Of a DNA stretch of 64,000 nucleotides, positions 9,657 to 19,523 are shown in pieces (the first letter of the stretch is position 1; the number at the start of each line of letters is the position of its first letter). The notes under the pieces are model-generated. The model did not search any database, was not told the DNA's origin, and was given only the letters and a program-made list of their open reading frames with translations. The position numbers and the translations under genes are program-made. The stretch comes from Candidatus Bathyarchaeota archaeon (GTDB lineage: Archaea > Thermoproteota > Bathyarchaeia > Bathyarchaeales > Bathycorpusculaceae): positions 6,773 to 70,772 of the forward strand of contig JACAEI010000029.1 of the NCBI GenBank assembly GCA_013388905.1, written 5' to 3'.

Positions 9657-10430
9657 CTACGAGTACCCAAAGGAGCCCATAAAAATACATTCATTGAAGG
9701 GCATCATCATATCTGCAGAATCATAAACACCATCATCGTAATCAACAGGCGCATCCTTAATTAATATTAGAGGAGTTTTTTCTGCAACTTCACTCATAAG
9801 CAAATGGGCTGCAGAAGCCAAATCATCCGCAATAGCACGTTGCGTAATGGTTAATGGTTTTCCATAAATGTCATTCTCTCCTCTACAATCTTTAACTGGT
9901 TGGAACCCTGCCGTAGCTAAAGCTAATCCCATAGTGCCCTTCCTAAGAGGAACTAAACCACTATCAATAACTAAAATAGCTATTTTCGCGCCAGTTCTGC
10001 TTCGAATTTCTTCTCTCGCATGCACCGCCCATTTTTTGGGATTGCTCGGCCACAAAACCACGTAACCATTAGGAGCATTCTTGTTGTCTATTCCTGCATT
10101 AGCTGTCAAAACCCCATTCTTAAGCGTCAAAACTGCTTTTTCGACCCCTCCATAAATTTTGTCTGCCTCACGTAAAATCAGTTCTGCAAATTCTGGCTGC
10201 AAAGAAAACTGTTTCGCTAGTTTCTTCGCCTTACCAGTAGGCGTAACGTCACTTAACTTTGCTATACGACCTTCTGAAACAGCTATAATTTTTGACGTAA
10301 CAACCAATATATCATTGTCTTCTAATTGTAAGTTTTGCTCTTTTAACGAAGCAAGAATTATTTTAACTAGGTCATCGCCTACTTTCACAGTCCTTGTTCT
10401 AATGGCATAAAGCCTCATTCGCCTATTCAT
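9657..10430 (-). CDS. cofE: coenzyme F420-0:L-glutamate ligase family (CofE-like)
   Basis: 257 aa. VVTSKIIAVSEGR and LTANAGIDNKNAP motifs typical of CofE. Its start overlaps the upstream Ubl stop (ATGA). Confidence 0.8.
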   Translation of the reverse strand: MNRRMRLYAIRTRTVKVGDDLVKIILASLKEQNLQLEDNDILVVTSKIIAVSEGRIAKLSDVTPTGKAKKLAKQFSLQPEFAELILREADKIYGGVEKAVLTLKNGVLTANAGIDNKNAPNGYVVLWPSNPKKWAVHAREEIRSRTGAKIAILVIDSGLVPLRKGTMGLALATAGFQPVKDCRGENDIYGKPLTITQRAIADDLASAAHLLMSEVAEKTPLILIKDAPVDYDDGVYDSADMMMPFNECIFMGSFGYS

Positions 10431-10711
10431 CCTCCATGGACAACTGGAACAAAAACCACTTCATCACCACTTTTAAGCATCGTATCCAGACCGTCTAAAA
10501 CGCTGATTTCCTTTCCATTCACGAGAATTAGCGTATTCGGTCGAGGGTCTTCAAGCACCGGATTAATAAGCACTTGCTCAAGTTGGGGCAGATATGCAAT
10601 AATTTTTCTTATGGCTTTTTTGAGAGGAATAGCATCTTCAAATGAGAGAACAAGTCTATCCTTTCCTAACACGCCGCGAAAAGCGCCAACAAATTTTATG
10701 GTTATAGGCAT
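10427..10711 (-). CDS. MoaD/ThiS-family ubiquitin-like small protein with C-terminal Gly-Gly
   Basis: 94 aa ending ...GDEVVFVPVVHGG. Beta-grasp Ubl pattern (ILVNGKEI...L..GDEV). Perfect SD GGAGGAGGTG upstream. Confidence 0.75.
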   Translation of the reverse strand: MPITIKFVGAFRGVLGKDRLVLSFEDAIPLKKAIRKIIAYLPQLEQVLINPVLEDPRPNTLILVNGKEISVLDGLDTMLKSGDEVVFVPVVHGG

Positions 10712-10730
10712 TTCAACACCTCCTCCAAGT

Positions 10731-12107
10731 TTATAGAACCACTATCACTGAAATATCGTTAACATTTGTGCCGGTAGGCCCTGTAAAGATTAAGTCGCCA
10801 AGCTTTGAGAAAAAGTGGTAAGAATCATTTTCCGCTAAAAACTTTTCTGGCATTAAATGCTTTTTTGATGCTTTGACTAATGTCTTTCCATCTGCTAGTG
10901 CACCAGCGGCATCTGTTGGACCGTCAATGCCATCAGTGCTTATCGAAGCCACAACCGCTCCATCTATGTTATTCAGTTTTTGCGCTGCAGCTAAGGCTAT
11001 TTCTTGATTTCTTCCTCCTAAGCCTTTTCCTGTAACAGTTACAGTTGTTTCTCCGCCTGCGATTATGCCGGCTGGTTTTTGAATTGGATTTCCAGAGGCG
11101 GCTATTTCACGAGCTATTGAGGTTAGCATTACTCCTACGTGTCTAGCTTCTCCTTCTAAGGTCGTGGTTAGCAAAAGTGTGTTTAAACCCTCAGACTTGA
11201 GATATTCAAGAGCACCAACGCTTGCGAATCTGTTGTTGCCAACAACAACATTGAAAACTTTTTTGAAAATTTTATCTCCTTTCTTAGGCGTTTCTGGAAT
11301 TAAGCCTTTTTCTCCATCAGAAAGAACCTTTCTAATAGATGCTGGAGCTTTATCCCATAAACCGTATTTTTTCAAAACGTTAATGGCGTCGCTGAATGAT
11401 GTTGAATCTGGAACTGTGGGTCCCGAGGCAATAAAATCCAACGGGTCGCCTACAACGTCTGAAAGAATGAGGTTCAGAACTGTAGCAGGATAAGCCTTTT
11501 TTGCAAGCCAGCCGCCTTTAAAGTCTGAAATGTGTTTTCTAACGGTGTTAATCTCGTTTATCGTTGCACCACATTTGAGCAAAGCATTTGTGATTTCTCT
11601 TTTATCAGCAATCGAAATTTCGCCACGCGGCAGAGGCATAAGACTTGAACCACCGCCAGAGACTAGACATATGACTAAGTCGTTTTTTTCAGCCTGCTCT
11701 GCCATTTCCAACATGCGTCGTGTTCCTTCAACACCGGTTTCGTCAGGAATCGGGTGACTCGCACCATGAAGTTCAATAATGCTCGTTTTATGCAAGTTGC
11801 CTTTAGGAATGTTAACAAGCCCTATTCTTATGCGTTCACCTAGAACCCTCTCCACGGCTTCTGCCATTGCCCCACTGGCTTTGCCGCCGCCTATTACATA
11901 TATGTTTTTGAATTTTTTTAAATCAAAGGAGTAGTTATCTGCCTTTAAAATGGAATTTTTCAACAGAAGTTTCGATTTTATTATCTGTTTCGGATTAGCT
12001 TTATCTAATGCTGATTCAAGGCTTTTTAGGGCTAATGCTCTGGCTTTCTGATTGAGCACTGTCTCGCCATTTTTTATTAGTTGCTCTATGTTTTTTATAG
12101 CAGTCAT
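10731..12107 (-). CDS. glycerate 2-kinase / hydroxypyruvate reductase-type MOFRL family protein
   Basis: 458 aa with MOFRL-family hallmarks (GGGKA, LVSGGGSSL, GGETTVTV, STDGIDGPTDAAG). Confidence 0.85.
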   Translation of the reverse strand: MTAIKNIEQLIKNGETVLNQKARALALKSLESALDKANPKQIIKSKLLLKNSILKADNYSFDLKKFKNIYVIGGGKASGAMAEAVERVLGERIRIGLVNIPKGNLHKTSIIELHGASHPIPDETGVEGTRRMLEMAEQAEKNDLVICLVSGGGSSLMPLPRGEISIADKREITNALLKCGATINEINTVRKHISDFKGGWLAKKAYPATVLNLILSDVVGDPLDFIASGPTVPDSTSFSDAINVLKKYGLWDKAPASIRKVLSDGEKGLIPETPKKGDKIFKKVFNVVVGNNRFASVGALEYLKSEGLNTLLLTTTLEGEARHVGVMLTSIAREIAASGNPIQKPAGIIAGGETTVTVTGKGLGGRNQEIALAAAQKLNNIDGAVVASISTDGIDGPTDAAGALADGKTLVKASKKHLMPEKFLAENDSYHFFSKLGDLIFTGPTGTNVNDISVIVVL

Positions 12108-12204
12108 TTGAATAGCCCATCGTCGGTTTTTTAGAGTCTGCTGCGTAAGTGTAATAAGTCAATGTTAATAAAGAATTTCGCAAACTAACACGCTGGTGAG
12201 CAAT

Positions 12205-13206
12205 ATGCCAAAACCTAAAGTTTATGTCACTCGTGAACTCCCTGAAAGAGGCCTAAAAACAATTAAGGAGTGTTTTGACGCTGAAATTTGGCGTGAATAT
12301 GCGCCACCGCCAAAAAAAGTGATAATCGAGAAAGCCAAGAACGTCGACGCGTTGGCTTCACTTTTGTCTGATAAGATAGACGCTGAAGTTTTTGATGCTG
12401 CACCTAGGCTGAAAATTGTTGCTCAGTTAGCTGTAGGCTTTGACAACATAGATGTGCAAGAAGCAATAAAAAGAGGCATTTACGTGACAAACACGCCGGA
12501 AGTTTTGACCGATACAACAGCGGATTTTGCATGGGCTTTGTTGATGGCTGTTGCAAGACGCGTTGCGGAAGCGGACAGATACGTTCGCAGTGGGCAGTGG
12601 AAGGTGGGCTGGCACCCAAATATGTTGCAAGGCAGAGACGTTTATGGCGCTACAATAGGCATTGTTGGCGCTGGAAGAATTGGCTATGCAGTTGCCAAAA
12701 GAGCCACAGGTTTTGACATGAAAATTCTATTTTACGATGTTATTTCTAGACCAGAAATGGAAAAGCTAGGCGCAAAACAAGTCGAATTAGACATGCTTCT
12801 AAAGGAGGCGGACTTCGTTAGCATCCACGTGCCTCTAATGAAAGAGACGTATCACTTAATCAATGCTGATAAGCTTAAGCTGATGAAGAAAACTGCCTAC
12901 TTAATCAACAATTCACGTGGCCCAGTTGTAGACGAAAAGGCTCTATATCAGGCATTAAAAGAAGGCAGAATAGCAGGCGCTGGACTTGACGTTTTTGAAC
13001 AGGAACCGACACCTATTGATAATCCTTTGCTTAAACTGGACAATGTGGTTGTTGCTCCACACATATCAAGCGCAAGCTATGAAACCCGTTCCAAAATGGC
13101 TGAAATGGTTGCAGAAAATTTAGTCGAATTCTTTGATGGAAGAAAACCGCCAAACTTGGTCAATCCAGACGTCATGAAAGTGCGTCCACTCAAGAAGCTG
13201 TTTTAA
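12205..13206 (+). CDS. gyaR: glyoxylate/hydroxypyruvate reductase (D-2-hydroxyacid dehydrogenase)
   Basis: Close in sequence pattern to Pyrococcus GyaR (MPKPKVYVTRELPE..., GIVGAGRIG, NNSRGPVVDE, HISSAS). ATG at 12205 has GGTGA SD; the ORF-track GTG at 12196 is less likely. Confidence 0.9.
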   Translation: MPKPKVYVTRELPERGLKTIKECFDAEIWREYAPPPKKVIIEKAKNVDALASLLSDKIDAEVFDAAPRLKIVAQLAVGFDNIDVQEAIKRGIYVTNTPEVLTDTTADFAWALLMAVARRVAEADRYVRSGQWKVGWHPNMLQGRDVYGATIGIVGAGRIGYAVAKRATGFDMKILFYDVISRPEMEKLGAKQVELDMLLKEADFVSIHVPLMKETYHLINADKLKLMKKTAYLINNSRGPVVDEKALYQALKEGRIAGAGLDVFEQEPTPIDNPLLKLDNVVVAPHISSASYETRSKMAEMVAENLVEFFDGRKPPNLVNPDVMKVRPLKKLF

Positions 13207-13292
13207 CATTAGTTTGGAATTCACTTCACTGTAATAGTTAAATACTCCCTATCGTTTTACCATTATTTTCCTTTCAAATCAAGGTGATTTAA

Positions 13293-14465
13293 GTGAACTC
13301 TATCTTTGCAAAGAGAATGGAAACTCTAGGAACAGAAACAGCGTTTGAAGTGCTCGCAAAGGCAAAAGCTCTCGAAAAACAGGGAAAAGATGTTATCCAT
13401 TTGGAAATTGGTGAACCAGATTTTGACACCCCGAAAAACATCAAAGAGGCTGCAGTGAAAGCACTTTATTCTGGTTATACCCATTATGTGCCTTCTGCAG
13501 GGATTCCAGAGTTTAGAGAAACCATTGCGGAATACATCTCAAAAACAAGGAAAATAAAAGCTGAAGCTGACGAGGTTGTTGTAACGCCAGGCGCCAAGCC
13601 AATAATGTTCTTTGCAATTCTTGCATGCGTAAATCAGGGCGAAGAAGTCATGTATCCAAATCCAGGCTTTCCAATCTACGAATCCGTAATAAACTTTGTA
13701 GGCGCAAAACCTGTGCCTTTGCCGCTTAAGGAAGAGAACGATTTCAGGCTTGACCTTGAAGATTTTAAGAAGAAGGTAACAAAGAAGACAAAAATGATTA
13801 TTTTGAATTCACCGGAAAATCCGACAGGTGGTGTTTTAACCAAAGATTATTTGAAGGCAATAGCAGACTGTATAGAGGATAGAGATGATGTGCTTGTTCT
13901 TTCAGATGAGATTTACAGCAGAATAATCTATGAAGGAGAACACGAAAGCATTGCTTCGCTTCCTGGAATGAAGGAGAAAACCATAATATTAGACGGTTTC
14001 TCGAAGACTTACGCCATGACTGGATGGAGACTTGGCTATGGTGTAATGCGCAAAGACCTAGCACAAAAGATTGCCCAACTGATGACTAACTCCAACTCTT
14101 GCACATGCGCCTTCATCCAAATGGCTGGCATTGAAGCTTTAAAAGGTCCGCAGACTGAACCAGAAAAGATGAATGCAGAATTCAAAAAACGCAGAGAAGT
14201 CATAGTTTCTGGTCTTAACAAAATTAAGGGGATAACGTGCAAGAAGCCACGAGGAGCTTTCTATGTGTTTCCAAACATAACTGGAACTGGAATGGATTGT
14301 CGTAAGCTTGGAGATTACCTGCTTAACGAAGCGGGCGTTGCAGTTTTGCCGGGCACAGCTTTTGGAAAATACGGTGAAGGTTATCTGCGCTTGTCATTCG
14401 CGAATTCGATTGAAAATATAAAGAAAGCTTTAGACAAAATCGATAATGCTCTTAAAAAGCGATAG
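13293..14465 (+). CDS. class I/II PLP-dependent aminotransferase (aspartate aminotransferase-like)
   Basis: GEPDFDTP, NSPENPTG and SKTYAMTGWRLGY (PLP lysine) motifs. GTG start with AGGTGAT SD. Confidence 0.9.
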   Translation: MNSIFAKRMETLGTETAFEVLAKAKALEKQGKDVIHLEIGEPDFDTPKNIKEAAVKALYSGYTHYVPSAGIPEFRETIAEYISKTRKIKAEADEVVVTPGAKPIMFFAILACVNQGEEVMYPNPGFPIYESVINFVGAKPVPLPLKEENDFRLDLEDFKKKVTKKTKMIILNSPENPTGGVLTKDYLKAIADCIEDRDDVLVLSDEIYSRIIYEGEHESIASLPGMKEKTIILDGFSKTYAMTGWRLGYGVMRKDLAQKIAQLMTNSNSCTCAFIQMAGIEALKGPQTEPEKMNAEFKKRREVIVSGLNKIKGITCKKPRGAFYVFPNITGTGMDCRKLGDYLLNEAGVAVLPGTAFGKYGEGYLRLSFANSIENIKKALDKIDNALKKR

Positions 14466-14474
14466 TCGGCTTCT

Positions 14475-14849
14475 TTAATCTTCTATTTTTTCTCCAGTCA
14501 AAGTCTCAACTATGTCTGAAGCTAATTGCAATAGATTATCTGCTTGTTTCATGGCTTTTTCGCCGTCAATTTCTTCAACCTGTAGCAGTTGCTCTACTGT
14601 TGCTTCAATTTCTATAAGCACTTTTAAGAATGGGTCACCATTTGTCTGCGGTTTTTCTGCTGCTTCTCTTATGATTATCTCTATGAAAGCTGGTTCGCCT
14701 AGGCTATAGTAAATGGCATTTCGGGCTTTTCTAATGGCTTCTAAAACCAAGCTAGGCGCCATGTAAGGCAATTTTTTTGCAGCGTTAAGCTCTGCTTTTG
14801 CTTCACGTAAATAGCGGAGTGCCCATCCCTTTCTGTATTCGTCCATCAT
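14475..14849 (-). CDS. hypothetical all-helical protein
   Basis: 124-aa ORF, helical and acidic. No HEPN Rx4-6H motif and no family recognised. Confidence 0.35.
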   Translation of the reverse strand: MMDEYRKGWALRYLREAKAELNAAKKLPYMAPSLVLEAIRKARNAIYYSLGEPAFIEIIIREAAEKPQTNGDPFLKVLIEIEATVEQLLQVEEIDGEKAMKQADNLLQLASDIVETLTGEKIED

Positions 14850-14865
14850 TCTTAGCCCTCTCTTA

Positions 14866-15093
14866 TCACTTGCTTTCTTCTTTACTTTCGTTTGATGAGG
14901 AAGTTGTTTCTATGCCAGCAAAAGTGCTTGTTATGTATCCAGCAATTTGATTTCGCACTTTTGTTGTTGCTCCTCGTATGAGCGTATCAACCATGTGTTT
15001 ATTGTTCTCAAAATCGTGCGAGAATTTGTCGGGGAAATGTCTAACAAGTTCTCTGGCTATTCGCTTAATTTGTTCTGTTCGCACGCTTCCCAA
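14866..15093 (-). CDS. rps17e: 30S ribosomal protein S17e
   Basis: MGSVRTEQIKRIARELVRHFPDKFSHDFENNKHMV matches the S17e N-terminal pattern. TTG start. Confidence 0.9.
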   Translation of the reverse strand: MGSVRTEQIKRIARELVRHFPDKFSHDFENNKHMVDTLIRGATTKVRNQIAGYITSTFAGIETTSSSNESKEESK

Positions 15094-15244
15094 ACGAATG
15101 TTTCCCCCAAGCAGGCATTAGTTGTCTACTCTCCGGCGGTTAAAGTATGCTGAGGTGATTTCATAAAAGAGTAAGACTAATTTAACTTTACTCATTTTAA
15201 GATGCAAAATTCAGATACTCCATGGCACTATAAGTTTACAAAAC

Positions 15245-16027
15245 TTATCTAATTGGTTTCGTTTGAAAGAATGTCTCAAAATTCTTTGTAATCTGCTTGG
15301 CAACACTCGCATAATCTATTTTCTTTATTTCTGCTATTGCTTTAGCCACAGTTGGGATGAAAGCTGGTGTCGTCATTTTCCCAGCGAAAGGCGGTTTAAA
15401 AAAGCGTACTGGTCCATCAGTTTCTGTTAATAGATTAGTTAACGGTATTCTTCTAACAACTTCCTGTATGCCGTTGGAATATGCGACGGGTGGACCCTCA
15501 GTAATAAGGTATCCTCTTTCCACAACCTTCGACAAAGCGCTAATTGGATTGCTGAACCAATGCAGCAATACTTTTTTGAGATTGTAGGACGGAAGCGTTT
15601 CAATAATTTTGGTTGTCGTGCCACGAGAGTGAATTATGACTGGCAGATTAAGTTTTTCAGCTAAGTGCAACATTTCATCAAAAACTTTAAGCTGCTTATC
15701 CCATATGTCTGTATATTTATAGTCTAAGCCTATCTCACCTATAGCAACAAGTGCCTTATTCTGTCTATTCTCAGAAATCAACTCTATTGTTTGCTGAAGT
15801 TTCTCTTCTCTCAACGTATTTACGTTCCATGGATGAACCCCCAAAGCAGCATAAACCATATTGGGATACTGTGCAGCCAATTCTAGGCTTCGGATGCTTG
15901 TTTTTAAATCCATAGAATTTGAAACCATAGCGACAACGTTAGTGCGTTTGGACCTTGCAATGACTTCGTTGACGCATTTGGAATATTCATCGTCTGAAAG
16001 ATGTATGTGTGCATCAACAAACTTCAT
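15245..16027 (-). CDS. TatD-family metal-dependent hydrolase/DNase
   Basis: MKFVDAHIHL..., GEIGLDY, IIHSR and TETDGP motifs. Confidence 0.85.
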   Translation of the reverse strand: MKFVDAHIHLSDDEYSKCVNEVIARSKRTNVVAMVSNSMDLKTSIRSLELAAQYPNMVYAALGVHPWNVNTLREEKLQQTIELISENRQNKALVAIGEIGLDYKYTDIWDKQLKVFDEMLHLAEKLNLPVIIHSRGTTTKIIETLPSYNLKKVLLHWFSNPISALSKVVERGYLITEGPPVAYSNGIQEVVRRIPLTNLLTETDGPVRFFKPPFAGKMTTPAFIPTVAKAIAEIKKIDYASVAKQITKNFETFFQTKPIR

Positions 16028-16157
16028 TTGAAATCACGGTTTTTCACTACTAAACCAGCTTTCCACTTTTATAATTTCTCTCTTTTACTCTAAAAATTGG
16101 GCATAACAAACGTTAAATATTGCTTTAAATAGAAAAAGAGGCTAAAGAGGAGTCTTT

Positions 16158-16379
16158 ATGGTTGATTTAGAATTAGCCGTAGCTCCCATGCATAGATTAT
16201 GCAAAAAAGCTGGAGCCGACCGAGTGAGCGAAGCTGCTGCAAAAGAATTAGCCAAAGCATTAGAGGAAATCGGTGTTAAAATTGCCAAAGAAGCACTAGA
16301 TTTTGCGATGCACGCAGGAAGAAAAACTATAAAAGCCGAAGACATCGAGATTGCCGCTAAAAAGGTTATGGGTAAATAA
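16158..16379 (+). CDS. archaeal histone (HMf family)
   Basis: 73 aa. [34 protein letters not shown]...[15 protein letters not shown] is a histone fold. SD AAGAGGAG. Confidence 0.9.
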   Translation: MVDLELAVAPMHRLCKKAGADRVSEAAAKELAKALEEIGVKIAKEALDFAMHAGRKTIKAEDIEIAAKKVMGK

Positions 16380-16418
16380 CTTTCCCACATCTCTTCTTTC
16401 TTTTTTCAAGAATTAGAG

Positions 16419-17171
16419 CTAGATTTTCTTAGAAGAATCCCAGAGAAACTGGAAATATTCCCGTGCAAAACGCACCAAACCAGCATGATTACTCCATATC
16501 ACTAGGCTGGGCTTTTCTTCGCCCAGAAACAGCACAGCCTCTTTTCCATCTATTATAATGCCTCCTCCAAACATTTGATCTCTGACTCGCAACTCACTTA
16601 TGCCTGCAATACTCTTCAGACATGTCCAGTCCTCTGCTTTTCCGGTAACCATAAGCTTAATATTTACACGGGTTTTCTGCAAAACTTCCATAAAGGATTG
16701 GGCATCTGTAACGATTGTTTTTGCGAATTCTGGTGTGGCAATCACTATCTCTTTTGCGGCTTTTTTTAGCGTTTCTTCTAGTTTCGCTATAACTCCTTGT
16801 TGACCATGCAGTATCAAGATGTCTGGATGTTCCACAAGCTCTTGCTTCTCATATAAAGGCTGCAATTCGCCTGCAATTGTATGCTCCCATATTGAGTACT
16901 TGTCATCAAGCCTAATTTTCGCAATAGCCAAAGCTTCAAGTGGTGGTGTTGGATAATATTCGGTTGGGCGAATTTCAACACTTTTAATCCATCCCTTATC
17001 TTTAAGCGAGTTTAAAACATCATAGATTTTGGAGTAGGGCACATTCGCCTTTTTGCTAATTTCCATGGCTGTCATTTGTCCGCCCTCCAACAAAGCAGCA
17101 TACACATCAATTTCGTAAGTGTTCAACCCAATCTCACGCAAAACTTGTCTAGAGCGTTCACTTATTGACAA
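16419..17171 (-). CDS. TrmB-family transcriptional regulator
   Basis: N-terminal wHTH (LGLNTYEIDVYAALLEGGQMTAMEISKKANVPYSKIYDVLNSLKDKGWI) plus a C-terminal TrmB-type domain. Confidence 0.8.
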   Translation of the reverse strand: MSISERSRQVLREIGLNTYEIDVYAALLEGGQMTAMEISKKANVPYSKIYDVLNSLKDKGWIKSVEIRPTEYYPTPPLEALAIAKIRLDDKYSIWEHTIAGELQPLYEKQELVEHPDILILHGQQGVIAKLEETLKKAAKEIVIATPEFAKTIVTDAQSFMEVLQKTRVNIKLMVTGKAEDWTCLKSIAGISELRVRDQMFGGGIIIDGKEAVLFLGEEKPSLVIWSNHAGLVRFAREYFQFLWDSSKKI

Positions 17172-17270
17172 TGCAAATTCACCTTATTCACCTTATGAAA
17201 AGTTTGGAAACCTTATTATATTCTACTCTTAAACCTTCAAGACATAACGAACCAAATACATGGTGACAAA

Positions 17271-18761
17271 ATGCAGTTCATTAAAGAAACAAAAAGCATA
17301 TGTCCAGACTGCTTTAAAGTGCTAAACGCCACAATTTTTGAGGAAAATGGCAAAGTCTTTATCAAAAAAGAATGCCCACAGCACGGCTCTTTTCGAGATG
17401 TTTACTGGTCTGATTATGAACAATATGTACGTGCTGAAAAGTTTAGATATGAAGGCGAAGGCTTGAAAAATCCAAGAACTGAGACTGTTGACGGTTGCCC
17501 TTACGATTGTGGAATATGTCCACAGCACAAGTCCCACACAGCCTTAGCCATAATTGACATCACAAATCGCTGCAACCTTAAATGTCCAGTTTGTTTTGCA
17601 AACGCTGCAGCAGCTGGGTATGTGTATGAACCAACTAAAGATGAGATAAGAGGGATGCTGGAAAATCTGCGCAGAAATGACCCTGTCCCAGCTACAGCGT
17701 TGCAGTTTTCCGGAGGCGAACCAACTATCCGCAATGATCTGTTCGAACTTATTCGAATGGCGAATGAGATTGGCTTTCGCCATGTTGAGGTCAATACGAA
17801 TGGACTTCGACTTGCACAGAGCGTTAAGTTTTGTAGGGAGTTGAAGGAGGCTGGAATGAGCACTGTTTATTTGCAGTTTGATGGCTTAACGTCTGACGTT
17901 TACAAGTTTATCCGTGGAATTGACCTTTTGGATGTGAAGATGAAGGCTATTGAGAACTGTCGGAAGGCTGGAATCCAAAGCATAGTTTTAGTTGTCACAC
18001 TTGTTAAGGGCGTCAATGACAACCAACTTGGCGACGTTATACGCTTTGCTGTTCATAACTTCGACGTGATAAGGTGCATAAATGTTCAGCCAGTCTCCCT
18101 ATGCGGAAGACTTCCCCAAACAGAACGGGATAAAATGCGCATTACAATTCCAGACTTCATGCGGCTTGTAGAAGAACAGATGAATGGCAAGATAAAAATG
18201 TCAGACTTTTATCCAGTGCCAACTGTTGTGCCAATTTCAAAGGCTGTCGGAGCATTAAAAGACAAACGCTATGTAGAGTTTACTGCTCACCCCCACTGCG
18301 GCATGGCTACATACATATTCGTAGAAAAGGGAGAAATCACGCCTATCACCCGTTTCGGAAACGTGGACAAATTCATAGAAATCATGAAAAAAGTCTATAG
18401 TGACGCCTCAAAAGGAAGCAAAAACAAGGCTAAGCTACGTTTAATCAGCGCTTTGAGGCACATAAAATTCAGCTTCCTAAGAAAGTACGTTCTACGTGTG
18501 CTCACAGAAGGAAGCTACGAAGCACTGGGAGAATTTCAAAGGAAGTCGATACTGCTTTCAGCCATGCATTTTATGGACCCATACAACTTCGACTTGGAAA
18601 GAGTTCAACGTTGCGCAATTCATTACGCAATTCCTGACGGGCGCATAATTCCATTCTGCACTATGAACTCTATTCATCGCCCAGAAATTGAGAATAAACT
18701 TGGCATGTCGATTAAGGAGTGGCAAAAAAGGCATAAGGTTGAAATAACTCAGTACGCTTAA
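17271..18761 (+). CDS. radical SAM enzyme, probable tetraether lipid synthase (Tes / GDGT-MAS, MJ0619 family)
   Basis: 496 aa. N-terminal rubredoxin-like CPDC...CPQHG, radical SAM CNLKCPVC, and further Cys clusters. Size and layout match the MJ0619/Tes family as I recall it. Confidence 0.65.
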   Translation: MQFIKETKSICPDCFKVLNATIFEENGKVFIKKECPQHGSFRDVYWSDYEQYVRAEKFRYEGEGLKNPRTETVDGCPYDCGICPQHKSHTALAIIDITNRCNLKCPVCFANAAAAGYVYEPTKDEIRGMLENLRRNDPVPATALQFSGGEPTIRNDLFELIRMANEIGFRHVEVNTNGLRLAQSVKFCRELKEAGMSTVYLQFDGLTSDVYKFIRGIDLLDVKMKAIENCRKAGIQSIVLVVTLVKGVNDNQLGDVIRFAVHNFDVIRCINVQPVSLCGRLPQTERDKMRITIPDFMRLVEEQMNGKIKMSDFYPVPTVVPISKAVGALKDKRYVEFTAHPHCGMATYIFVEKGEITPITRFGNVDKFIEIMKKVYSDASKGSKNKAKLRLISALRHIKFSFLRKYVLRVLTEGSYEALGEFQRKSILLSAMHFMDPYNFDLERVQRCAIHYAIPDGRIIPFCTMNSIHRPEIENKLGMSIKEWQKRHKVEITQYA

Positions 18762-18811
18762 GCGGAGAAAACCATAAGAACAACGGAGCAATCTGAGTTA
18801 TCTGGAAGCTG

Positions 18812-19147
18812 ATGACTATGGGTGGAAAAAAGAAACTTACCCTGAAACAGGCTGAGCGCATGCAATCTCGAAAAGACGAGGAAGAAAAAGAGAAAAAAAG
18901 GAAGGAAAAATCGGCTGCACCATCTAAAGAAAGAAAAGCTTCTGGGATAGTTCCCCCAAACCCAAAAAGCGAAAAGATTATCGGCGAATTGAAAAAAATG
19001 TCGGTCTTAACGCCTTACGCTGTTGCTACACGATTTAACATAAGAATAAGCGCGGCAAAAGATTTCTTAGAACAGTTGGAAGAAGAAGGCATAATTCAAC
19101 TCGTCTCAGGAAGCCATAACATCAAAATATACAAGGCATTTGATTAA
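18812..19147 (+). CDS. rps25e: 30S ribosomal protein S25e
   Basis: Lys-rich N-terminus plus LTPYAVATRFNIRISAAKDFLEQLEEEGIIQLV wHTH, typical of S25e. Confidence 0.85.
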   Translation: MTMGGKKKLTLKQAERMQSRKDEEEKEKKRKEKSAAPSKERKASGIVPPNPKSEKIIGELKKMSVLTPYAVATRFNIRISAAKDFLEQLEEEGIIQLVSGSHNIKIYKAFD

Positions 19148-19523
19148 GCTACATGCCCATATGTCCTTGCATTTTTTCATAAGCTGCACGAGGAGAATTG
19201 AAACATTATTGGAATTCCCAAAACGAATCTACACAAACGGAGAAGTAAAAAAAGCTAAAGAACTCGTTGATAAGGGCTATAAGCATCGTTTAAGAGCCAA
19301 AGGAAGCCCAGACTTCAAACAAAAGGTAAAACAAGCCCTTCAGTTGGTTAAAACCGCGGGTTGTTATGACTTCTTGAGAACATACATTCGAAGTATAACA
19401 GAAATTGACGGGTTGACACAATTGCGAGAGGCGGATGCAGCGATTTGGACGAATAAATACGCCGTGGAAAATCCAGTTGATGCAGCTAGTCTTTTCGTGC
19501 AAAAAGCCAATAATATGAAGTAA
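19140..19523 (+). CDS. hypothetical protein; the reading frame stays open for 54 more codons after its TAA (see findings)
   Basis: 127-aa ORF, no family recognised, true start unclear. In-frame TAA at 19521-19523, then an open frame to 19688. Confidence 0.35.
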   Translation: MIKLHAHMSLHFFISCTRRIETLLEFPKRIYTNGEVKKAKELVDKGYKHRLRAKGSPDFKQKVKQALQLVKTAGCYDFLRTYIRSITEIDGLTQLREADAAIWTNKYAVENPVDAASLFVQKANNMK

